DNA of 46,797 bases from an uncultured archaeon (lineage in GTDB: Archaea; Hadarchaeota; Hadarchaeia; Hadarchaeales; WYZ-LMO6). Location of the stretch: contig CALJER010000039.1 of assembly GCA_938074535.1 (NCBI GenBank), positions 1 through 46,797 on the forward strand, in the 5' to 3' direction. The notes beneath the pieces are model-generated. The model worked only from the letters and a program-made list of their open reading frames with translations. It made no database searches and was not told the DNA's origin. The first letter of the stretch is position 1; each line of letters starts with the position of its first letter. Positions 26,155 to 36,328 of the stretch are shown here, one piece after another. Made by a program: the position numbers and the translations under genes.

Positions 26155-27009
26155 CTACTCGAACACGATGGTCTTGTTCTCGTAAACCAGCAGCCTCCGC
26201 TCGCAGTAGAGCCTCACCGCCTCGCTCAGGATGAGCTTCTCCAGGTTCTCGCTCTTCCTCACCAGGTCGGAAAGGGCGTCCTTGTGGGAGATCCTGACCA
26301 CGTCCTGCTGGATGATGGGCCCCTCGTCCACCTCCTCGCTCACGAAGTGCGCCGTGGCCCCTATGAGCTTCACCCCCCTGCGGTAGGCCTGGGTGAAGGG
26401 GTCCTTCCCCGGGAAGGCCGGGAGGAAGGAGGGATGCACGCTTATGATCCTGTTCCTGAACTCCCGCACGAAGAGGGGGGAGAGGATCTTCCCGTAGCGG
26501 GCCAGCACCACCAGCTCCACCCCCTTCTCCCTCAGCAGGGCCATCTGCCTCCTCTCCCCCTCCTCCCTCCTCTTCGGGTCCACGGGAAGGTGGTGGAAGG
26601 GGACGCCGAACATCCTGGCCACACCCTCCCCTTCCGGTCTGTCTCCTATGACGAGCGGTATGTCGCACTTCAGCCTCCCCTCCTTCCACCTGGCCAGCAG
26701 GTCGTAGAGGCAGTGGAGGTGCCCCGACACCATGATTCCCACCCTGGGCCTCTCCGAGCTGAAGTGCAGCCTCCAGTCCGCCCCCAGCTCCGAGGCCAGG
26801 GGGCGAAGGGCCTCCCCTATTTCCTCCCTGGGGAGGGAGAAGTCCTCCAGCGTCCACTCCACCCTGGCGAAGTACCTCCCGAACTCCTCGTCCACGTGCT
26901 GGTCGAAGTGCACGATGTTTCCTTCGTTCTTCCAGATGAAGCCCGAGATCCTGGCGTCTATCCCCTTCGCATCGGGGCAGGAAAGGAGGAGGATGGCGGT
27001 CTCCATCAC
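26155..27009 (-). CDS. purU: Formyltetrahydrofolate deformylase
   Basis: N-terminal ACT domain (SCPD..GI), HCLYDLL.R, LVVLARY, HPSFLPAF.G, GVKLIGATAH, DEGPII.Q. Confidence 0.87.
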   Translation of the reverse strand: MMETAILLLSCPDAKGIDARISGFIWKNEGNIVHFDQHVDEEFGRYFARVEWTLEDFSLPREEIGEALRPLASELGADWRLHFSSERPRVGIMVSGHLHCLYDLLARWKEGRLKCDIPLVIGDRPEGEGVARMFGVPFHHLPVDPKRREEGERRQMALLREKGVELVVLARYGKILSPLFVREFRNRIISVHPSFLPAFPGKDPFTQAYRRGVKLIGATAHFVSEEVDEGPIIQQDVVRISHKDALSDLVRKSENLEKLILSEAVRLYCERRLLVYENKTIVFE

Positions 27010-27028
27010 CCCACCTGAGGACCCGCGG

Positions 27029-29383
27029 TTAAACCCCTTTCGGGTCGGGCGGCCTCAGCCTCAGCAGGCCGGCCACCCTGCCGAAGAGCTTCCTCCATTC
27101 CTCCCCCGCTTTCGCCTGCCTCAGCCCGAAGCACCTCACCTGCGCCCTCCACAGGTTCGGCCGCAGCGGCAGGGAGAGTCCTCTCTCCATCCTCCTCAGC
27201 ACCTCCAGGTCCCCCTCCCCCCCGGTGAGCCTCTCCGCCAGCTCGGCGAGCTTCCTGGAGAGGAGGAGGGAGAGGAGGGGCTCGTCGACCCTGAGCGAAA
27301 GCTCCCTCATCTCCCCCATCCGCTCCGCCACCCTCTCGAAGTTCCCCTCCTCCATCTCCCTCCTGAGCTCCAGGTTCAACCAGAGCTCGAGCAGGGGGGA
27401 GAAGGGCGCGGGCAGACCCTTCTCCCCCTTCTTGGAGGAGGGCAGGAAGCCCACCGCTTCCTCCAGCAGAAAGACCAGGGCACCGAGCCCCTCCTCCACC
27501 ATCCTCTCCAGCACCTCCCTCCTGGGGTCCGCCAGCAGCTGGCGCAGGGAGCACTGCAGGGGGAAGTGGCGCTCGGCCCTTCTCACCGTCTCCCCCACAC
27601 CCTCCCGAAAGGCCGAGCACAGCTCCTCCACCAGAGCGGGGGGAAGCTCTCCCTGGCCCTCCCTCATGAAGACCAGCGGGAAGAACCAGGGGGGAAGGAG
27701 GGCGCAGAACTGGAAGGAGGACCTCTCACCCGTCACTCCCGAGCGCAGCACCATCCATCCCAGCCTCAGCCTCCCCCCCTCCCCCTCCCACCCGCGCTGC
27801 ACCCCTCCCTCCACCTCGAAGTGGCAGAAGGGGGAAGGCGGGAAGGAACCGAAGAGGGAGAGAACCGCCAGGGTGGAGGCCACCCTGACCGGATCGTAGG
27901 AGGAGGGCCTCACCAGCCTCTCGTAGACCCCGGCGCCCGTCCCGAACTCGGGGAGGTTGCTGGGGGCCCTCCCCAGCCTGCGCAGGAACTCGGGCTCCAG
28001 GTCCGCTCCCGCGGCCTCCTTCGCCAGCTGGATGACCGCGGCCGCGTGCCTGAGGATGATCACCGTCTCCAGCCCGGAAATCTCGTCGAAGAACCATCCG
28101 CAGCTGGCGTACATCAGGAGGGAGTGCCTCTGCATCTCCAGCAGCTTCAGGAGCCTCACCCTCTCCCCCTCCGGCAGTTCCTTTACCCCCTGCCTCTCCA
28201 GGAAGCCCCGAAGGCCCCGGGGGGAGCGGTCGAGGATCACCTCCACATACTCGTTCCTGGCCCTCCACGGATCCGCCAGCAGCCTGCCCGCCTCGCGCTC
28301 GTAGAGGGAGGCGGCGGAATCCCTCAGCCAGTCCAGGGCCTCCCTCAGGGGACCCCTCCACCTCTGGTGCCAGCCGGGCCTGGAACCGAACCTGCACCCG
28401 CAGTCCCCCCTCCACCTCTCCACCCCGTGGGCGCAGCTCCAGGAGGTCCTCTCCAGGATCTGCACTTCGTGGGTGGGGGGATGCCTTTCCAGGTACTCCC
28501 CGTACACGGTGAGCCTGGCCTCCCTCCCGGACTCCAGCTGCCTCAGGCAGTAGGCCAGGGCCATATCCCCGAAGCGGTGGTGGTGACCGTAGGTCTCCCC
28601 GTCTGTGGCTATGTGGGAGAGCTGCGGCCCCGGTCTGGGGGAGAAGGCACCCAGCAGCCTCCTGGCCAGCTGCTCCCCGCTGTGCAGCAGGCCCCCGAAG
28701 GCCACGTCGAAGGCCACCCCTCCGTGGTAGAAGAAGAGGGAGAGGGAGCGGCCGGAGGGAAGCCGGCAGAGGTAGGGCATGGTGGTGTCCACCTTCCCCC
28801 CCGAGACGTCCGCCCACCTGCGCTCCCCCAGCGGCCTCACCCTGGCGGCCTGGTGGGGGGCCAGGATGGTGAACTTCACGCCCGCTCTGGCGAGGAGGTC
28901 CAGGGTCTCGAGGTCCACCGCCGTTTCGGGAAGCCACATCCCCTCGGGCTCCCTCCCGAACCTCCGCCGGAAGTCCCTCACCCCCCACAGGATCTGGGTG
29001 CACCTGTCCCTCCGGTTGTCCAAGGGCAGGATGGAGTGGGCGTAGGGATGGGCGAGGGCCGAACCGTGGCCGGAGAACCTCTCCCTGCTCTCCCTGTCCG
29101 CCTCCAGGATGGCCCGATAGACCTCCTTCGCCCTCCTTTCCAGCCAGGAGAGGAGGGTGGGACCGAAGTCGAAGCTGATCCTGGAGTAGTTGTTGACGAA
29201 CTCCCTCACCCTTCCCTCCCCGTCCAGCAGGGGGGAGGCGGTGTTGGGGGCGTAGCACTCCTCCGTGATCCTCTCGTTCCAGTCGTGGTGGGGATGCGCC
29301 CCCTCCTCCGCCTCCACCTCCTCCAGCCAGGGGTTCTCCCTGGGGGGCTGGTAGAAGTGCGCGTGGATGCACACGTACCTCAT
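27029..29383 (-). CDS. Glycoside hydrolase family 57 protein with DUF3536
   Basis: HAHFYQPPRENPW, DWNERIT.ECY.PN, GMWLPET, ATDGETYGHH, SWSCAHGVERW, MYASCGWFFD. Confidence 0.9.
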   Translation of the reverse strand: MRYVCIHAHFYQPPRENPWLEEVEAEEGAHPHHDWNERITEECYAPNTASPLLDGEGRVREFVNNYSRISFDFGPTLLSWLERRAKEVYRAILEADRESRERFSGHGSALAHPYAHSILPLDNRRDRCTQILWGVRDFRRRFGREPEGMWLPETAVDLETLDLLARAGVKFTILAPHQAARVRPLGERRWADVSGGKVDTTMPYLCRLPSGRSLSLFFYHGGVAFDVAFGGLLHSGEQLARRLLGAFSPRPGPQLSHIATDGETYGHHHRFGDMALAYCLRQLESGREARLTVYGEYLERHPPTHEVQILERTSWSCAHGVERWRGDCGCRFGSRPGWHQRWRGPLREALDWLRDSAASLYEREAGRLLADPWRARNEYVEVILDRSPRGLRGFLERQGVKELPEGERVRLLKLLEMQRHSLLMYASCGWFFDEISGLETVIILRHAAAVIQLAKEAAGADLEPEFLRRLGRAPSNLPEFGTGAGVYERLVRPSSYDPVRVASTLAVLSLFGSFPPSPFCHFEVEGGVQRGWEGEGGRLRLGWMVLRSGVTGERSSFQFCALLPPWFFPLVFMREGQGELPPALVEELCSAFREGVGETVRRAERHFPLQCSLRQLLADPRREVLERMVEEGLGALVFLLEEAVGFLPSSKKGEKGLPAPFSPLLELWLNLELRREMEEGNFERVAERMGEMRELSLRVDEPLLSLLLSRKLAELAERLTGGEGDLEVLRRMERGLSLPLRPNLWRAQVRCFGLRQAKAGEEWRKLFGRVAGLLRLRPPDPKGV

Positions 29384-29384
29384 C

Positions 29385-31301
29385 CTAAACCTCCGGCTTC
29401 AGGTAGAGGCATCCGAGCGGAGGGAGGGTGAGGGACAGGGAGCAGGGGCGACCGTGCCAGGGAACGGGCTCCGCCCAGACGCCGCCCAGGTTCCCCAGCC
29501 CGCTCCCCCCGTACTCCCTGGCGTCGCTGTTCAGCAGTTCCCTCCAGAAGCCCCCCTGCGGGACCCCCACCCTGTAACCGCACCTGGGGACGGGGGTGAA
29601 GTTGCACGCCACCAGCACGGGCGGGCCGCTCCTTCCCCTCCTCAGAAAGGAAATGATGCTCTTCTCCGCGTCCTTGAGATCCACCCACTCGTAGCCCTCA
29701 GGCTCGAAGTCCAGCTCGTGGAGGGCGGGCTCCCTCCTGTAGAGGCGGTTCAGGTCCCTCACCCACCTCTGGAGCCCCCTGTGGTCCTCGTGCTGGAGGG
29801 CGTGCCACTCCAGGCTCTCGTCGTGTACCCATTCCCTCCACTGCCCGAACTCCCCGCCCATGAAGAGGAGCTTCTTCCCCGGATGGCCGTACATGTAGCC
29901 GAAGAGGAGCCTGAGGTTCGCGAACTTCTGCCACACGTCCCCGGGCATCTTCCCGAAGAGGGAGCCCTTCCCGTAGGTGACCTCGTCGTGGGAGAGGGGG
30001 AGGACGAAGTTCTCCGAGTAGGCGTACCACATGCTGAAGGTGATCAGGTCGTGGTGGTACTTCCTGAAGATGGGATCCAGGGAGAAGTAGCGCAGGGTGT
30101 CGTGCATCCACCCCATCTTCCACTTCAGCCCGAACCCCAGCCCCCCCACGTAGGTGGGCCTGGTGACCAGGGGCCAGGCCGTGGATTCCTCCGCTATCAT
30201 CTGCACGTCCGGGTACTCCCCGTACACCGCCTCGTTCAGCCTGCGCAGGAAGTGGATGGCCTCCAGGTTCTCCCTCCCGCCGTACTCGTTGGGCACCCAT
30301 TCCCCCTCCCTCCTCCCGTAGTCCAGGTAGAGCATGGAGGCCACGGCGTCTATCCTGAGGCCGTCCGCGTGGTACACGTCCAGCCAGAAGAGGGCGCTGC
30401 TTATCAGGAAGGACCTGACCTCGTGGCGGCCGTAGTTGAAGAGGCAGCTGCCCCACTCGGGATGGATGCCCTTCCTGGGGTCGGCGTGCTCGTACAGGTG
30501 GGTACCGTCGAAGAAGACCAGACCGTGTCCGTCGGAGGGGAAATGGGAGGGGACCCAGTCCAGGATCACCCCTATCCCCCGCCGGTGCAGGGCATCCACC
30601 AGCCCCATGAACTCCTGGGGGGTCCCGTAGCGGCTGGTGGGGGAGAAGTAGCCCGTCACCTGGTAGCCCCAGGAGCGGTAGAAGGGGTGCTCCATGACCG
30701 GGAGGAACTCCACGTGGGTGAAGCCCATCTCCTCCACGTAGGGGGGGAGCCGCTCCGCCAGCTCGGAGTAGGTGAGGAAGCGGTTCCCCTCCTCCGGGAC
30801 CCTCCTCCAGGAGCCCAGGTGGACCTCGTAGATGGACATGGGGGAGGTCAGGGAGTTCCTCTCCCTTCTGGAAGCCATCCACTCCCCGTCCCCCCAGGCG
30901 TAGTCGAGCTCCCAGACCACCGAGGCCGTCCCTGGCGGGACCTCGCCGAAGAAGGCGAAGGGGTCCGCCTTGTCCGCGGCGTACCCCCCGTACCTGGAGA
31001 GAACCCTGTACTTGTACAGGTCGCCCTTCCTCACCCCCTCCACGAAGCCCTCCCAAATTCCCGAACCGTCCTCCCTGGGTCTGAGGGGACTGGCCCCGGG
31101 GTCCCAGCCGTTGAAGCTCCCTATCACCGAAACGTACTCGGCGTTGGGGGCCCAGACGGCGAAGCGGGCGCCTCCTTCCACGAGATGGGCTCCCAGCTTC
31201 CTGTAGAGGCGGAAGTGCTCCCCCCTCCGGAAGAGGTAGATGTCGTAGTCGGTGAGGGGGCTCCACATTCCCTCCGCCTCCCGGGCAGGAACGGCTCTCA
31301 T
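29385..31301 (-). CDS. glgB: 1,4-alpha-glucan branching enzyme (GH13, bacterial type)
   Basis: [54 protein letters not shown]. Confidence 0.95.
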   Translation of the reverse strand: MRAVPAREAEGMWSPLTDYDIYLFRRGEHFRLYRKLGAHLVEGGARFAVWAPNAEYVSVIGSFNGWDPGASPLRPREDGSGIWEGFVEGVRKGDLYKYRVLSRYGGYAADKADPFAFFGEVPPGTASVVWELDYAWGDGEWMASRRERNSLTSPMSIYEVHLGSWRRVPEEGNRFLTYSELAERLPPYVEEMGFTHVEFLPVMEHPFYRSWGYQVTGYFSPTSRYGTPQEFMGLVDALHRRGIGVILDWVPSHFPSDGHGLVFFDGTHLYEHADPRKGIHPEWGSCLFNYGRHEVRSFLISSALFWLDVYHADGLRIDAVASMLYLDYGRREGEWVPNEYGGRENLEAIHFLRRLNEAVYGEYPDVQMIAEESTAWPLVTRPTYVGGLGFGLKWKMGWMHDTLRYFSLDPIFRKYHHDLITFSMWYAYSENFVLPLSHDEVTYGKGSLFGKMPGDVWQKFANLRLLFGYMYGHPGKKLLFMGGEFGQWREWVHDESLEWHALQHEDHRGLQRWVRDLNRLYRREPALHELDFEPEGYEWVDLKDAEKSIISFLRRGRSGPPVLVACNFTPVPRCGYRVGVPQGGFWRELLNSDAREYGGSGLGNLGGVWAEPVPWHGRPCSLSLTLPPLGCLYLKPEV

Positions 31302-31345
31302 CTGCTTATATCACCCCCTCCCGCAAAAAGATTGCCGGGAAGCCC

Positions 31346-33454
31346 GTGAAAATTTTCATCCTGTGCGAGAAGCCCAGCGCCGCCTCCAAAATCGCCTCCG
31401 CCCTGGGAGGGGGAAGCGTCAGGAAGGGGGAGAGGAAGGGTGTGCCCTACTACGTGCTGGAGGTCGACGGGAGGGAGGCGGTGGTGGTTCCCTCCCTGGG
31501 GCACCTCTTCACCCTCAAGAACACCAAACCCCTGAGGGACTACCCGGTCTTCGACGTGGAGTGGGTTCCCTCCTACCTGGCGGACAGGAAGGCCGCCCGG
31601 ACGAGGGCCTTCCTGGAGGCCATAAGGGAGCTGGCGCGGGGGAGCTCGGAGTACGTGGTGGCCACGGACTTCGACGTGGAGGGGAGCGTGATAGGGTGGA
31701 CGGTGCTCAGGTTCCTGTGCGGGGAGGGAGCGGTGGAGAAGGCCAAACGCATGAAGTTCTCCACCCTCACCGCCGGGGAGCTCAGGGAGGCCTACAGGAA
31801 CCTCCTGCCCAGGCTGGACTTCGAGCAGGTGGACGCCGGGATCGCCAGGCACGTGCTGGACTGGTACTGGGGGATGAACGTGAGCAGGGCCCTGAGCTCC
31901 TCCCTGCAGAAGGCGGCGGGCTCCTTCGCCAAGCTCTCCGCCGGGAGGGTGCAGACCCCCACCCTGAAGATCCTGACCGAGAGGGAGAAGGAGATCAGGG
32001 GGTTCGTGCCCAGGCCCTTCTGGACCCTGAAGCTGGTGGTGGAGGCGGACGGGGAGGAGCTGGTGGCGGAGCACGAGGTGGAACGCTTCTGGGAGGAGGG
32101 GGAAGCCAGGAGGGCGAAGGAGGCCTGCGGGGAGGAGGCCGTGGTGAGGGGGGTGGAGGTGAGGCAGCACCGCCGTCTCCCCCCCGTTCCCTTCGACCTG
32201 GGGACCCTGCAGGCGGAGGCCTACCGCTGCTTCGGCTACACCCCCCTGCGCACCCAGCAGCTCGCCCAGGACCTCTACCTGGCGGGGCTGATCAGCTATC
32301 CCCGCACCGGTTCCCAGAAGCTCCCCCCCGCGCTCGGGTACAGGGGGATCCTGGAAAAACTGGGGGGGATGAGGGAGTACCGGGAGGCGGCCGGAAGCCT
32401 GCTCGCCAAGAGGGAGCTGAGGCCCAGGGAGGGTGAGAAGACCGACCCCGCCCATCCCTCCATCCATCCCACCGGGGAGAAACCGGGGGAGCTCAAGGGT
32501 CCCCAGCGCAACCTCTTCGACCTGATCGTGCGCAGGTTCCTGGCCGTCTTCGGGGACCCAGCGGTGGTGGAGGGGATCGGGGTGGAGCTGGCCTGCGGGG
32601 ACCAGACCTTCCGCCTCTCGGGCAGGAGGGTGGTGGAGAGGGGATGGCTGGACCTGTACGGGAGGTACGCGGAAGCGGAGGAGGTCCCCCTCCCCCCCCT
32701 GCGGGAGGGCCAGAGGCTGAGGGTGAAGGAGGTGAGGCTGGAGAGGGGGGAGACCCAGCCCCCTCCCAGGTACAACCCGGCCTCCATCGTGAGGGAGATG
32801 GCCGAAAGGGGGCTGGGGACCAAGGCCACCAGGGCCTCCATCCTGCAGAACCTCTACGAGAGGGGCTACATCCGCGGGGAGAGGATCACCGTGACGGAGC
32901 TGGGGATGGGGGTGGTGGAGGCCCTGCAGGAGCACTGCCCCGAGATCGTGAGCGAGGAGCTCACCGCCTCCTTCGAGAGGGAGATGGATGCCATCCAGGA
33001 GGGAAGGGTGAGGAAGGAGGAGGTGATGGAGAAGGCCAGGGTCAAGCTGGAGGAGATCCTCAGGAAGTTCAAGGAGAGGGAGGCGGAAATAGGGGAGAGG
33101 CTGGCGGAGATGTACAGGAAAACCAGGCTGGCGCAGAGGACGCTCGGCAAGTGCAGGTGCGGGGGGGAGCTCAGGGTGATCGCCACCAGGAACGGAAAGC
33201 GCTTCGCGGGGTGCTCCAACTTCGAAAGGGGGTGCAGGGTGACTTACCCCCTCCCCTCCTCCGGCACCATCCTGGCCCTCGGAAGGACCTGCCCGCAGTG
33301 CGGCACCCCCCTCATCCAGGTGAGGAGGCCCGGCGGGAGGCCCTACAGGATGTGCCTGGAGCCGGGCTGCCCGAGCAAGGAGGGGTGGAGGAAAAAGGAA
33401 CCCGCTTCCCGGCAGGAGAATACACCGGAGGGGGGCGGGCAGGCACGGTCCTGA
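31346..33454 (+). CDS. topA: DNA topoisomerase I (type IA, archaeal)
   Basis: EKPS, ATDFDVEG, SAGRVQTP, ISYPRT, GLGTKATR, C-terminal Zn ribbons. Confidence 0.95.
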   Translation: MKIFILCEKPSAASKIASALGGGSVRKGERKGVPYYVLEVDGREAVVVPSLGHLFTLKNTKPLRDYPVFDVEWVPSYLADRKAARTRAFLEAIRELARGSSEYVVATDFDVEGSVIGWTVLRFLCGEGAVEKAKRMKFSTLTAGELREAYRNLLPRLDFEQVDAGIARHVLDWYWGMNVSRALSSSLQKAAGSFAKLSAGRVQTPTLKILTEREKEIRGFVPRPFWTLKLVVEADGEELVAEHEVERFWEEGEARRAKEACGEEAVVRGVEVRQHRRLPPVPFDLGTLQAEAYRCFGYTPLRTQQLAQDLYLAGLISYPRTGSQKLPPALGYRGILEKLGGMREYREAAGSLLAKRELRPREGEKTDPAHPSIHPTGEKPGELKGPQRNLFDLIVRRFLAVFGDPAVVEGIGVELACGDQTFRLSGRRVVERGWLDLYGRYAEAEEVPLPPLREGQRLRVKEVRLERGETQPPPRYNPASIVREMAERGLGTKATRASILQNLYERGYIRGERITVTELGMGVVEALQEHCPEIVSEELTASFEREMDAIQEGRVRKEEVMEKARVKLEEILRKFKEREAEIGERLAEMYRKTRLAQRTLGKCRCGGELRVIATRNGKRFAGCSNFERGCRVTYPLPSSGTILALGRTCPQCGTPLIQVRRPGGRPYRMCLEPGCPSKEGWRKKEPASRQENTPEGGGQARS

Positions 33455-33458
33455 GACC

Positions 33459-33995
33459 GTGACAAAGGGAAGGAAGAGGGTGCTCTTCTTCGTGTACGGC
33501 AGCCTGACCGATCCCAGGACGGTCTCCTCCAGGCTCGGGGGGCTGGGGGCGAGCTTCAGGTATCAGGACGCCCGCATCCTGGATTTTATCCTGCTGAGGC
33601 GCGGGGCGGGGGGAAGGTACGACACGCTCTTCCCCTTCAGGGGCGGGGCCACCTGGGGCAGGCTGCTGGAGGTAGAGTGCGGCTCGGAGGAGGAGGTGCT
33701 GGAGCGGCTGGACGAGTACGAGGGAGTACCCGAGCTCTATGAGAGGTTCGAGCTCAGGACGCGGGACGGGAGGAAGTGTCACGTGTACTTGTCCAGCCCC
33801 TCCAGGGTGAGGATGGAGGGCTGCCCCCCGGCGGCGGGGAGGGACCTGCAGGAGGTGATCCGCAAAGGCGGATGGAGGTCCTACCTGGCCGAGACCGGAA
33901 AGGGTCCCCTGGTGGAGGCGGTGGGGGAGGTGGGGAAATGGCGGAGGGCGGGGGCCCGCACACGCCCTAGAGCGGAAGGGAACCGCCAGCCTTAA
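33459..33995 (+). CDS. Gamma-glutamylcyclotransferase (AIG2-like) family protein
   Basis: FVYGSL, LDEYEG...YER motifs. Confidence 0.75.
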   Translation: MTKGRKRVLFFVYGSLTDPRTVSSRLGGLGASFRYQDARILDFILLRRGAGGRYDTLFPFRGGATWGRLLEVECGSEEEVLERLDEYEGVPELYERFELRTRDGRKCHVYLSSPSRVRMEGCPPAAGRDLQEVIRKGGWRSYLAETGKGPLVEAVGEVGKWRRAGARTRPRAEGNRQP

Positions 33996-34013
33996 CTTCC
34001 CGGGAGAAGCTAG

Positions 34014-34763
34014 ATGGTGTACGACCCCCTCCGGCTGGCCCAGGAACTGGAGAAGGTGGTGGTGGACGGGGAGAGGAGAAGGTACTACAGGGTTCCCAGG
34101 CCGGGGGACTGGTACGGCGGGATCGCCACCGCGGACTGCTCGGGATGCTGCCTGAAGTGCGTGTTCTGCTGGAGCGGTACGCCCCGGGACAACCCCTCCA
34201 CGGGCAGGTTCTACTCCCCGGAGGAGGTCTTCAGGGAGCTGCAGGCCTGCGCCAAGAGGTTCCAGTACAGCAAGCTCAGGGTGAGCGGGAACGAGCCCAC
34301 CCTGGGGAAAAGGCACCTCCTCCGCCTGCTGGAGCTGGTGGAGAAGAGCCCCTACGCCTTCATCCTGGAGACCAACGGCATGCTCGTAGACGAGAGGTAC
34401 GCCAAAGATCTCTCCGAGTTCAAGAACCTCCACGTCAGGGTCTCCCTGAAGGGGACCAACCCGCAGGAGTTCTCCCGCCTCACGGGGGCCAGACCGGAAG
34501 CCTTCGAGCTGGCCCTGAAGGCCCTTAAAAACCTGCTGGACCACGGGGTGACCTGCCATCCCGCCGTGATGCTCTCCTTCAGCCCCAGGGAAAACCTGGT
34601 GGCGCTGAAGAAAAGGCTGGAGGAGCTGGACCCCTCCCTCCCCAGGAACCTGGAGGAGGAGTACGTCTTCCTCTATCCGCACGTGGAGGAGAGGCTGAAG
34701 AGGGCCGGGATCAGGCCCCTTCTCTCCTACCACCCCGATCGGATACCCAAGAGGCTCAGGTAG
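34014..34763 (+). CDS. Radical SAM protein (archaeal, unknown function)
   Basis: WYGGIATADC.GCCLKCVFCW (CxxxCxxC), RVSG.EPT, FILETNG. Confidence 0.85.
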   Translation: MVYDPLRLAQELEKVVVDGERRRYYRVPRPGDWYGGIATADCSGCCLKCVFCWSGTPRDNPSTGRFYSPEEVFRELQACAKRFQYSKLRVSGNEPTLGKRHLLRLLELVEKSPYAFILETNGMLVDERYAKDLSEFKNLHVRVSLKGTNPQEFSRLTGARPEAFELALKALKNLLDHGVTCHPAVMLSFSPRENLVALKKRLEELDPSLPRNLEEEYVFLYPHVEERLKRAGIRPLLSYHPDRIPKRLR

Positions 34764-34771
34764 CCCCGGCC

Positions 34772-36184
34772 TCAGGCCAGCATCAGCTCCTCCAGCAGGG
34801 GCTGGGGGGAAACCGAGTGGGTCTGGACGCCCACCACCCTCCACGGATCCGCACCGAGCGAGAGGGCCAGAAGCTGCCCGTAGTTCATGTGCACCAGCCC
34901 GAAGTCCTCCCCCGTTTTTTCCTCCAGGTACTTCTGGTTCCTGTCCAGCGTCACCTGGCAGCCGGGACAGGCGTGCATCACCACCCTGGCCCCAGCGTTT
35001 TTCAGCGCCCCGAGCTTTCTCAGGGCCACCGCCCTGACCAGCTCCCTGTTCTCCAAGGTGTGTCTGAACCCCATGCCGCAGCACAGGTTTTTTTCTTCAT
35101 AATCTATCACCTCCGCCCCCGTCACCGCTGCCAGCTGCTCGAGCAGGTTGGGTGTCGCGTACTCCCTGAACATTTTGTGGTAGTGACAGCCCTGGTGGAC
35201 GGCCACCTTGAGGCCGGACAGGTCATGGGTCACCAAGGAGCGGAGCTCCCTCCTGAAAGCGTAAAGGACCTCCGAGAGATGGTAAACCCCCACTCCCCCT
35301 CTGTACCTCAGCCCCACCTCCCTCAGCAGCCCGTTCACTTCCTCTCCCAGCTTCCCCCTCAGGAGCCTCCAGCACTCGGTGAGGATTCCGTAGGAAGTGG
35401 TGCAGACCGCCGCCACCTTCCTGAACCCACTTTCCTCCGCTAGGGCAAAGTTCCGGGCGTTCAGGACGAGCAGGGAGGAAAAAGGAATCTCGTCCGCGTA
35501 GTAACTGAAGCCACCGCAGCAGGACTGCCTCTCATCGTCCAGGTACCTCAGGTTGAGCTTCCCCAGCAGGAACTTCAAGGAGGAGGTCACACCCGGATAA
35601 TGGGAGTCCATCACGCAGCTCTTGAAGAGGTAGATCCCCCCGGAAGGATTCGGCCTTTCCCACCCTCCCTCCTCCCTCCCCTCCACCCGGAGGGAGGGAC
35701 CCAGCTCCAGTATTCTCTGGACCTGCTGGAGGGACTCCGCGGGGAGCCTCCTGTAGAGCCCTTCGAGGCCCAGCTCCCTCCGGAAGCGGGGCATCTCCGC
35801 CAGTATCTTCCCGAACCCCCTCCAGTCCTCCCACTCCCCCGGCCGAAAGGTCTCCGGTGTGAGGCTGAGTCCCTTTTCGTGGAGGGACCTGTAGAGGATG
35901 CCGGAACGAACCCCGGTCTTCCTCTCCCTCAGCACCTTGATGAGATCCGAGACACTGTTCCCTGCCCTGCAGGCCCACTTGCAGGTGTAGCAGTGGAAGC
36001 ACTTGTCGAGGGGGAAATCCCCGGGAGGGGAGCGAAGCTTCAGAAGGCCCACCAGCTTCATGGGGTTGAACTCCCTCTCCAGAAGCCCCTGGTGGTAGGC
36101 GTACGCGGCCGGGCAGGAGGAGGTGCAGGAGCCGCACCCCATGCAGGACAGATAGTTCGGGAGCCTGGGATCGGGAGCCTCCAT
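34772..36184 (-). CDS. Fused heterodisulfide reductase HdrC-HdrB-like protein
   Basis: CMGCGSCTSSCP and CFHCYTCKWAC (HdrC); two CCG domains FKSC..QSCCG..CTTS and HQGCH..LCCG..CPGC (HdrB). Confidence 0.87.
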   Translation of the reverse strand: MEAPDPRLPNYLSCMGCGSCTSSCPAAYAYHQGLLEREFNPMKLVGLLKLRSPPGDFPLDKCFHCYTCKWACRAGNSVSDLIKVLRERKTGVRSGILYRSLHEKGLSLTPETFRPGEWEDWRGFGKILAEMPRFRRELGLEGLYRRLPAESLQQVQRILELGPSLRVEGREEGGWERPNPSGGIYLFKSCVMDSHYPGVTSSLKFLLGKLNLRYLDDERQSCCGGFSYYADEIPFSSLLVLNARNFALAEESGFRKVAAVCTTSYGILTECWRLLRGKLGEEVNGLLREVGLRYRGGVGVYHLSEVLYAFRRELRSLVTHDLSGLKVAVHQGCHYHKMFREYATPNLLEQLAAVTGAEVIDYEEKNLCCGMGFRHTLENRELVRAVALRKLGALKNAGARVVMHACPGCQVTLDRNQKYLEEKTGEDFGLVHMNYGQLLALSLGADPWRVVGVQTHSVSPQPLLEELMLA

Positions 36185-36328
36185 CCGAATGCTTTGCCCC
36201 TCTTCCTTTTTAAGATATGGAGCTCAATTTTCCTCATTGGGAAATTTTTTTCCTTGTTCCTCCCACTTTTTTCACCCTCGGGAAGCATACCATCCCACTT
36301 TTAAGAAGAGGGAGAAAAAAAAGGAAAG
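36185..36328. promoter_or_regulatory. AT-rich divergent promoter region of hdrCB / CoM operon
   Basis: TTTTAAGA twice; TCCCACTTTT direct repeat at 36261-36270 and 36293-36302. Confidence 0.55.
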
